Shown here: positions 45,662 to 51,515 of the stretch, piece after piece
Layout: each line of letters opens with the position of its first letter
Numbering within the stretch: the stretch's first letter is position 1
Origin: a virus
Lineage: Duplodnaviria; Caudoviricetes
Direction: 5' to 3' (one strand)
Length of the DNA stretch: 51,515 nucleotides
IMG/VR virus record: IMGVR_UViG_3300023076_000001
Coordinates: 1 to 51,515 of that record
Translations under genes and position numbers: made by a program
The notes under the pieces: model-generated
What the model was told of the DNA's origin: nothing
What the model saw: the letters and a program-made list of their open reading frames with translations, nothing else
Databases searched by the model: none

Positions 45662-46198
45662 ATGCCCCAAGCCTTCGCTACCCCTCAAGCCGCAGCCGCC
45701 ATGGACACTAGCGCCGTGGCGGCTGCTTTGTTGTCGGACACCCCGCCTATCGCGGAAGCCACTACGCCAGCGGCGGGGGCAGGACCGAAGGCCAGCCGAT
45801 ACGACCATCTACATCCCCGCTTGTCGTCGGCCCAAAGCGGAACGCTGGACGGCAACGGACAGGCTACGGTCATCTTCACCCGCACGTTTACCGCAAAGCC
45901 CGCTGTGACCGTTCTCGCCGTGGAAGATGACACCAACCCCGTTCCGCGCTTCAAGGTGCGGCGTTGGCTGAAGGCTGATGGATCTGCGTGGGTGTCAGGT
46001 CCTTACGGCGGATGCGTCATCTACGGGGACCGGGCGCGTGTTCTGCCCACTATCACGCAATTGAACGGCGGAATTATCGTCCTGCTGGCGTCGCTGATCA
46101 CGGCTTTGAACACGATCCTCGCGCAACTCAGCGGCTATGCTCCCTATGTCCCGGCCGCCAGTGTCGAGTTCAGCCTGATCGCGTTGCAGCCCTCCTAG
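45662..46198 (+). CDS. Putative head fibre/spike protein
   Basis: ASRYDHLHP; VIFTRTFTAKPAV (H-type lectin-like); follows the spike base gene. Confidence 0.45.
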   Translation: MPQAFATPQAAAAMDTSAVAAALLSDTPPIAEATTPAAGAGPKASRYDHLHPRLSSAQSGTLDGNGQATVIFTRTFTAKPAVTVLAVEDDTNPVPRFKVRRWLKADGSAWVSGPYGGCVIYGDRARVLPTITQLNGGIIVLLASLITALNTILAQLSGYAPYVPAASVEFSLIALQPS

Positions 46199-46254
46199 TT
46201 GGACCGGAGCGACATTCCGCGTTAAATGCGTCCACACCTCAAGGGATGGCGCAA

Positions 46255-46755
46255 ATGGGCTATGGCGACGACACTCAGTTCAATGCGTGGCTCTCAGCTC
46301 GGGGCTATTCGCTCCCAGCATCGCCGCCGACCGCCGCTCAACTGCGACAGATCGGCTCCGATTACATCGACGGCACGTATGGGAACCGCTTCACGGGCTA
46401 CCCGACCGGGGGTTTTGCCCAAGAGCGCGCATGGCCGCGAACGAACGGCATCACGACCAACTGTCAGCCGATCCCGGCCGACGTCATTCCCTTGGCGGTC
46501 ATCAACGCCTCGTATGCGGCGGCCTATCAAGAGGCCGTGGCCCCCGGCTCTCTGAGTGTGACTACCGGCTCAGAAGGCGCCATCAAGCGCGAGAAGGTCG
46601 GCCAGCTAGAAGTCGAATACGCTGGGGCCTCGTCGTCGGCCTCCATCGTCACGACCTCGCCCATCCTGTCGTCGGTTGACGGGCTTCTCGCGCCCTACCT
46701 GCGGCCTGATCCGAACACGTTTTCGCCGCTTCTGCTGCTGGCCATCGGCGAATGA
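46255..46755 (+). CDS. Head-tail adaptor (DnaT_2-like family)
   Basis: SDYID, QERAWPR, IP..VINA, KREKVGQLEVEY. Confidence 0.85.
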   Translation: MGYGDDTQFNAWLSARGYSLPASPPTAAQLRQIGSDYIDGTYGNRFTGYPTGGFAQERAWPRTNGITTNCQPIPADVIPLAVINASYAAAYQEAVAPGSLSVTTGSEGAIKREKVGQLEVEYAGASSSASIVTTSPILSSVDGLLAPYLRPDPNTFSPLLLLAIGE

Positions 46756-47081
46756 GCGCCTTCAACTACGCCCGCAGCCAAGCCCTTGCCGAAAAGCTCA
46801 TCACGCGCTTTGGCCAGGTCGGCAAGCACCGACGCGGCGTAACCGATACGCCCATCAAACTGGCCGTGCTCGAATACACCGCCCGCGAGATGGACGGGAC
46901 GCGGGTTCAAGTCGGAGACCGGCGTATCTACATCAGCCCCATTGGTGCGCCGTCCGACATCAAGGCCGGTGACAAGATCATCGACGCGGCTGGCGTTCCG
47001 TATGTCGTCGTTGTGGCCTCTCCGCTCTCGCCTGCGGGCATCGTGGCGTATTGGGACGTCCAGGGCCGGGGGCCTAAGTAG
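46752..47081 (+). CDS. Head closure protein
   Basis: FNYARSQALAEKLITRFG; DGT.VQVGD. Confidence 0.8.
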   Translation: MSAFNYARSQALAEKLITRFGQVGKHRRGVTDTPIKLAVLEYTAREMDGTRVQVGDRRIYISPIGAPSDIKAGDKIIDAAGVPYVVVVASPLSPAGIVAYWDVQGRGPK

Positions 47082-48119
47082 TTGGCCAGCCAGATCGCGC
47101 AATTCGAGGCCCTGCTAGACCACTATGCGCCCGGCGTGGCCGCCGCATTCCGGTCATCGATTGCCGACATCGCCAAGCGAGCCGACGTTAAGCGCATGGT
47201 CGCGGCCCTTAAGGATGGCGACATAACAGCAGTTATCGAGGCCATGCACATCGACGAGGCGGCCTTCACGGATTTCGAGGAAGCGTTTCGCGAGGTCTTC
47301 ATCCGCGCAGGCAACGACACGGCCGACGCGATCCCCGGTTTTGAGGACGGCCAGGGCAATCCGGTTCGCATCCGCTTCTCTGGTCGCCATCCGCTGGCCG
47401 AGCGCTTCCTGTCGGATCATAGCGGCCAACTAATCACGGACATCACCGTAGACACGCGCCAAGCCGTGCGCGAGACGATGACCAAGGCCCTGGCGCTAGG
47501 CAAGAACCCCACAACCATAGTCGCCGACACCGTGGGCCGAGTGAACCGCGTTAGCGGGCGTCGTGAAGGCGGGGTGATCGGGCTTACCACGCAGCAGGCC
47601 CGAGCCGTGGACAACGCGGCCCAGAACCTCGCCAGCGGAAACCCGGCTTCCTTGCCCGACTATCTACGGCTCAAACTGCGCGACAAGCGATACGATAGGG
47701 CCATTTCCGCCGCGCTAGAGGCCGGGAAGCCCGTTCCCGAGGCCACGGCAACCCGCGCCCTCTCGTCCTACCGTAACCGCCTTCTCGCCTACCGCGCCAA
47801 GACAATCGGTAGAACCGAGGTCATGACGGCGCTGAACCAAGGCCGATACAACGCCTACGAACAGGCCATTGCAGACGGAAAGCTCAAGGTCGAAAATCTC
47901 ACCAAGAAGTGGCGGGATGCCCATGACATGCGCGTCAGGCATGACCATGCCGTTTTGGGATCGCGCCCGGCTATTGGCTTCAACGAAATATTCGTCACCC
48001 CATCTGGGGCGATGATGCGGTTTCCCATGGACACAAGCCTGGGGGCTCCAGCGTCAGAAATAATTTCGTGCAGATGCGTTTTAGAGGTGAGGGTCGATAC
48101 CCTGGCAGGTGTAAAGTAA
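47082..48119 (+). CDS. Minor head protein (MuF/SPP1 gp7-like)
   Basis: RAKTIGRTE, KKWRDAHDMRVRHDH, EIISCRC. Confidence 0.88.
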   Translation: MASQIAQFEALLDHYAPGVAAAFRSSIADIAKRADVKRMVAALKDGDITAVIEAMHIDEAAFTDFEEAFREVFIRAGNDTADAIPGFEDGQGNPVRIRFSGRHPLAERFLSDHSGQLITDITVDTRQAVRETMTKALALGKNPTTIVADTVGRVNRVSGRREGGVIGLTTQQARAVDNAAQNLASGNPASLPDYLRLKLRDKRYDRAISAALEAGKPVPEATATRALSSYRNRLLAYRAKTIGRTEVMTALNQGRYNAYEQAIADGKLKVENLTKKWRDAHDMRVRHDHAVLGSRPAIGFNEIFVTPSGAMMRFPMDTSLGAPASEIISCRCVLEVRVDTLAGVK

Positions 48120-48120
48120 T

Positions 48121-48188
48121 CGGGGCGCTAGGTGTTTCCGCACCTTAAGCGCCCCTAACCGAAACGATCATGTGAGGATCGAATGGCT
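48121..48188 (+). promoter_or_regulatory. Hairpin-TAACC-RBS hairpin leader (copy 2)
   Basis: GGGGCGCT..AGCGCCCC-TAACC-GA-AACGATC..AGGATCGA-ATGGCT. Confidence 0.65.
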
Positions 48189-49034
48189 GCATCAGGTATA
48201 TGCGTGGTCCCCGGCTGCGCCAAGCCCATCAAACGCAAACGAGACGGGCTGTGCAACGCGCATATGCTGCGATTGCAGAGATATGGCGATGTGCGAGCAA
48301 GCGTCGCCGCCCGCGTCTTTCTCCCGTCCGATACACCATGCGGCGTCCCAGGATGTGCCAACCTCAACGAGACCAAAGGCCTTTGTGGCATGCACTATCA
48401 GCGCCTTCGATTTAAGGGCGATGTCGGAGGCCCCGATCCGCGCAAAGCCGGAACGTGCGCCATCGAAGGGTGCGGCCGAAATCTAGCGCAAAAGGGCCTT
48501 TGCGCCGTGCATGCCACGCGTTTGAAGCGTCACGGGGACGCCATGCACGGTGGCCCCATCCGCAGAAAGGCCCCTAAAGGAACGTTACTTCCGTGGCTGC
48601 ACGCTAACGTGAGCCATGCATGCGATGAATGCCTGATCTGGCCCTTCTCGCGGGACAGTAATGGTTATGGCGGCATCACTTACAAAGGTGCTGACACGCG
48701 GGCTCACGTTGTGATGTGCGAACTAGTGAACGGACTAAAGCCAAGCGCAGCCCACGTTGCGGCGCACTCCTGCGGTCGGGGACATGACGGGTGCGTAAAC
48801 CCCAATCATCTCCGCTGGGCCACAGCACTAGAGAATGCGGCAGATAAAGTGAGTCACGGAACTCAGCCCGCAGGCTCTCAGATTTGGAACGCCATTCTTT
48901 CTGAGGAAGATGTGCGGTGGATAAGGGAAAACCCCGAAGGGTTAAGGCAAAAGGATATGGCGCTAAGGCTCGGTGTTGGCCGATCCAGCATCAGCGCTAT
49001 AGTGCGCCGCAAGCAATGGCGATGTGTCACGTAA
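48183..49034 (+). CDS. HNH homing endonuclease 2 with three N-terminal C..C..GLC..H Zn-finger repeats
   Basis: Three repeats of C.VPGC/C.IEGC..GLC..H..R...GD; CLIWPF..HSCG..CVNPNHLRW. Confidence 0.9.
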   Translation: MAASGICVVPGCAKPIKRKRDGLCNAHMLRLQRYGDVRASVAARVFLPSDTPCGVPGCANLNETKGLCGMHYQRLRFKGDVGGPDPRKAGTCAIEGCGRNLAQKGLCAVHATRLKRHGDAMHGGPIRRKAPKGTLLPWLHANVSHACDECLIWPFSRDSNGYGGITYKGADTRAHVVMCELVNGLKPSAAHVAAHSCGRGHDGCVNPNHLRWATALENAADKVSHGTQPAGSQIWNAILSEEDVRWIRENPEGLRQKDMALRLGVGRSSISAIVRRKQWRCVT

Positions 49035-49047
49035 CCGAGGGTCATAG

Positions 49048-49482
49048 TTGGCAAAATTCTCCGACCTTGTGACGCAGTTCTGCCGGGAGACGCCCGAACG
49101 CATGGATGCGGTCTTTGCGCTCTCTGTCCAGAAGACGATTTCAGTTATGCAAACCCCCGTGGGGGCTGGGGGGAATATGCCTGTGGATACCGGGTTCCTG
49201 CGAAACTCCCTGGCGGTGAACCTGGGAACAACGCCACCAGCAATCACGCTCCAAAGAAACCCTGGAACTGGCGTCTTTACGTATGACCCATCCGCGTCAA
49301 ACCTAGACATCAAGGCCGAGGAAGGCGCCACGGCGGTCTATAGCGCTGACTATGCCATCTATGCGGAGTTCGGCGCGCGAGGGCGACCGGGACGCCGTTT
49401 TGTGGCATTGGCTGTCCAACAGTGGCCGCAGATCGTGAGCCGCTCTAGCCGAGAACTAGAGAACCGAGTGCGAAATGGCTGA
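49048..49482 (+). CDS. Neck protein (HK97 gp10-like)
   Basis: MPVDTGFLRNS; YAIYAEFG; QQWPQIV. Confidence 0.85.
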   Translation: MAKFSDLVTQFCRETPERMDAVFALSVQKTISVMQTPVGAGGNMPVDTGFLRNSLAVNLGTTPPAITLQRNPGTGVFTYDPSASNLDIKAEEGATAVYSADYAIYAEFGARGRPGRRFVALAVQQWPQIVSRSSRELENRVRNG

Positions 49483-49879
49483 TCAGGCTGACATCTACGC
49501 CGCATTGAAGGCCAAGGCCGATGCTGTGGCCGCTGCATTGGATCTGCCCGCGTCAATCGATGACGCCAGCTTCACGCCCCCTTTCGTTGATGGCGACCTT
49601 CCGCCGTTCCTCCGCTTCGACTTCTTCAACAATGCGCCATTCTGGCAGGGCTTGAACCAAGGCCGCATTGACCAAGGCCTGATGCAGGTAAATGTGATCG
49701 TCGGATATGGCTTCGACCGCCAAGACGCCTACGCCTACGTTGACCAGATCATCGCCTTTTACCCCAACGCCGCACGCATCGGGGGAGTTGTGAAGGTCCA
49801 AGGCGCAAGCTGGGTTGCGACGCCGATAGTCGAACCCGACCGGACAACGTATCCTGTCACCGTTTCGTGGTCTGCCTGA
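49475..49879 (+). CDS. Tail terminator
   Basis: GLMQVNV..G.G; YPVTVSW; precedes the tail tube. Confidence 0.8.
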   Translation: MADQADIYAALKAKADAVAAALDLPASIDDASFTPPFVDGDLPPFLRFDFFNNAPFWQGLNQGRIDQGLMQVNVIVGYGFDRQDAYAYVDQIIAFYPNAARIGGVVKVQGASWVATPIVEPDRTTYPVTVSWSA

Positions 49880-49934
49880 CCCGGAAAGCCCATGATCCGG
49901 GGTCGGGCGCCCCTACAACCCGAATGGAGCCGAT

Positions 49935-50411
49935 ATGAGCTATTCGACCAGCAACGGGGCCAAAATCAGCATCGGCCCCGCCAACTCTGTCGCTAACGAT
50001 GCGGCGGCCTATGCTGCACTGACTTACACCCTGATCACCGGAGCCGAGGACATCGGCGAGTTCGGCGATGAATCCGAGGTGGTCCCGTTCACCCCGCTCG
50101 CCGCCGACCGAACCATGAAGCTCAAGGGCTCGCGGGACGCTGGCGACATGGCCCTTGTCGTCGGCCTGGATGCTTTCGACGCTGGCCAAACGGCCTTGAT
50201 CGCCGCCGAGCTGACGAACTTTCAGTATCCCTTCAAGGTCGAACTGGACGACGCCCCCGAGGCTGGCGGGACGAATACGATCAAGTATTTCCGGGCTCTG
50301 GTGAACTCGGTTCGGGACAATGTCGGCGCGTCCAACAACGTCAACCGCACCAACTACACGCTGCCGATCACGTCCAAGATCGTCACCGTTCCCGCCACCG
50401 AAGCCCCGTAA
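49935..50411 (+). CDS. Major tail tube protein
   Basis: EDIGEFGD, KLKGSRDAG, DAGQ.ALIAA, YFRALV. Confidence 0.9.
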   Translation: MSYSTSNGAKISIGPANSVANDAAAYAALTYTLITGAEDIGEFGDESEVVPFTPLAADRTMKLKGSRDAGDMALVVGLDAFDAGQTALIAAELTNFQYPFKVELDDAPEAGGTNTIKYFRALVNSVRDNVGASNNVNRTNYTLPITSKIVTVPATEAP

Positions 50412-50450
50412 TTCGGAGCCGGATCAACCGGCCCGTCCCCATTAACTTCA

Positions 50451-50481
50451 AGTCGGGAGGTAGCGCCTTCCGGCTCTTTTT
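50451..50481 (+). terminator. Terminator/attenuator after the tail tube gene
   Basis: GTCGGGAGG-TAGCG-CCTTCCGGC followed by TCTTTTT. Confidence 0.6.
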
Positions 50482-50495
50482 ACAGAGAGCAAACC

Positions 50496-51113
50496 ATGTC
50501 CCTTGCAGGCCTGAACACCACCCCGATTCATGAGCGCGGCATCGTCTACCATGTCGAATATGACCACCTGAAGCGCGACGCCGCTGGCCAGGCGGTCTAT
50601 GAACGCATTGGGGGCACGGACGAAGAACCCGAGTTTGGCCCCGTTATCCTGCGCACCGAAAAGCTCATGAACGGCGACAAGCCTGTTGAGCTGATCATCG
50701 CAGGCCCCGACAGCGACCGCGTTTCCCTGGCGCAACTGGCGACCTTCGACATTCAGCGCCGCGCCGCTTTCGACGAGCGGCCGGTGAGCACGCAGGAAAG
50801 CCGGGACAGCAACGTCATGCGGTGGGCGGGCGCCGTCATTGGCTGGAACAACGTCCCGCGCGGGTGGGTGGAAGCTTACGACCCTAACGACCCCGCCCAG
50901 GTGGCCACGGCTGATGACCCCATCGCTTACAGCGACAAGAACGCGCGGGCCATGTTCAACCAGGCCGGCATGACGTGGCTAGGCCAGAAGGTCGATAAGC
51001 TGCTGATGGAGCGTAACCGTTTTTTGCCCTCAGGCTCGACGAACTCCGAGCCTTCGCCACCGCCGTCGCCAAAGCGCCCGAAGCTCGCCCGCCCGCGTTC
51101 CCGGCCTGCCTAG
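50496..51113 (+). CDS. Tail assembly chaperone (gpG-like)
   Basis: GPDS, AVIGWNNV and YS..NA motifs; slippery site near the end. Confidence 0.85.
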   Translation: MSLAGLNTTPIHERGIVYHVEYDHLKRDAAGQAVYERIGGTDEEPEFGPVILRTEKLMNGDKPVELIIAGPDSDRVSLAQLATFDIQRRAAFDERPVSTQESRDSNVMRWAGAVIGWNNVPRGWVEAYDPNDPAQVATADDPIAYSDKNARAMFNQAGMTWLGQKVDKLLMERNRFLPSGSTNSEPSPPPSPKRPKLARPRSRPA

Positions 51114-51394
51114 ACTACCTTTGGAACTGGTATCGCGCCCTCGGGGCCACGCGGACCTCATCGGATGGCTTCGTCGGCGCAATCCTGTGGTCTGAGATCA
51201 ACGCCTATAGCGATGCGATGCCAGTTCCCATGCGCTTTTGGGAAAAGGAGCTAGTGCGCGAACTCGACGACATCGCGCGGGGTATTTGGATGGGGGCGAA
51301 AACGGGCGATAAGGGGCCTAAGCTCGTCTCGCTCAAGGATGGGGCTGGCGTCAATGCCCTGTTCGGCCGTCTAGAGGCCAAGAAGAACCGCTAG
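51020..51394 (+). CDS. gpT-like extension made by -1 frameshift (gpGT spans 50496..51394)
   Basis: T TTT TTG at 51020-51026; the -1 frame is open for 124 codons (PACLDYLWNWYRAL...ILWSEINAY) up to the TMP RBS. Confidence 0.85.
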   Translation, partial: FFALRLDELRAFATAVAKAPEARPPAFPACLDYLWNWYRALGATRTSSDGFVGAILWSEINAYSDAMPVPMRFWEKELVRELDDIARGIWMGAKTGDKGPKLVSLKDGAGVNALFGRLEAKKNR

Positions 51395-51515
51395 GAGATA
51401 CCCGGATGGATCAGCTCGCGCGCCTTGGTGTGATCTTCGCCAGCGATGGCGCGCAGCAACTCCTCAAGGAATTGAACTCCGTTGCCTCTTCGTCGAAGGG
51501 GGCTGAGACGGCAAC
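51389..51515. repeat. Right copy of the 127-nt terminal overlap
   Basis: Identical to 1..127. Confidence 0.97.

Noticed and set aside
46255-46755. DnaT-like ssDNA-binding replication protein
   Set aside because: The family name is misleading here; synteny indicates a head-tail adaptor
43180-49034. HNH genes inside self-splicing introns
   Set aside because: The flanking genes (MCP, MuF, neck) appear intact, so the endonucleases are free-standing
51389-51515. 127-nt terminal direct repeat as a biological DTR or att site
   Set aside because: The length equals a common assembler k-mer and the repeat spans the start of the tape measure gene, so it only shows circularity

Overview
This window is a complete, circularly assembled genome (about 51,388 bp plus a 127-nt assembly overlap) of a GC-rich long-tailed (siphovirus-type) phage. 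The host is probably an alphaproteobacterium, likely Caulobacteraceae, inferred from a KGG stress protein, a GapR-like protein and RcGTA-like structural genes. The late module runs 37380->51394, wraps through 1 and ends at 14748: terminase, portal, protease/scaffold, capsid, neck, tail tube, frameshifted chaperone, tape measure, tail tip, several receptor-binding/esterase proteins and a lysis cassette with an embedded o-spanin. The early region (14838-37303) has alternating left/right operons with ExoX-like, Bet/RecT and RecE-like recombination genes, a RuvC-like resolvase, two DNA methyltransferases, an initiator with internal iterons and many small ORFs. I found no integrase, CRISPR, reverse transcriptase or tRNA. 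The most unusual signals are: a shared C-terminal EAF/EA[VI] peptide on unrelated proteins; a conserved hairpin-TAACC-RBS-hairpin leader ahead of both HNH genes and the methylase; a structured sRNA containing a 5-codon minigene; an orphan truncated HI1420-type antitoxin; a GapR-RMF-like fusion; an unannotated QLDLF Zn microprotein; paralogous PENVGIM adaptor genes; and a repeated C-N4-CTGTAG promoter motif. All family assignments come from motif recognition, not database searches.
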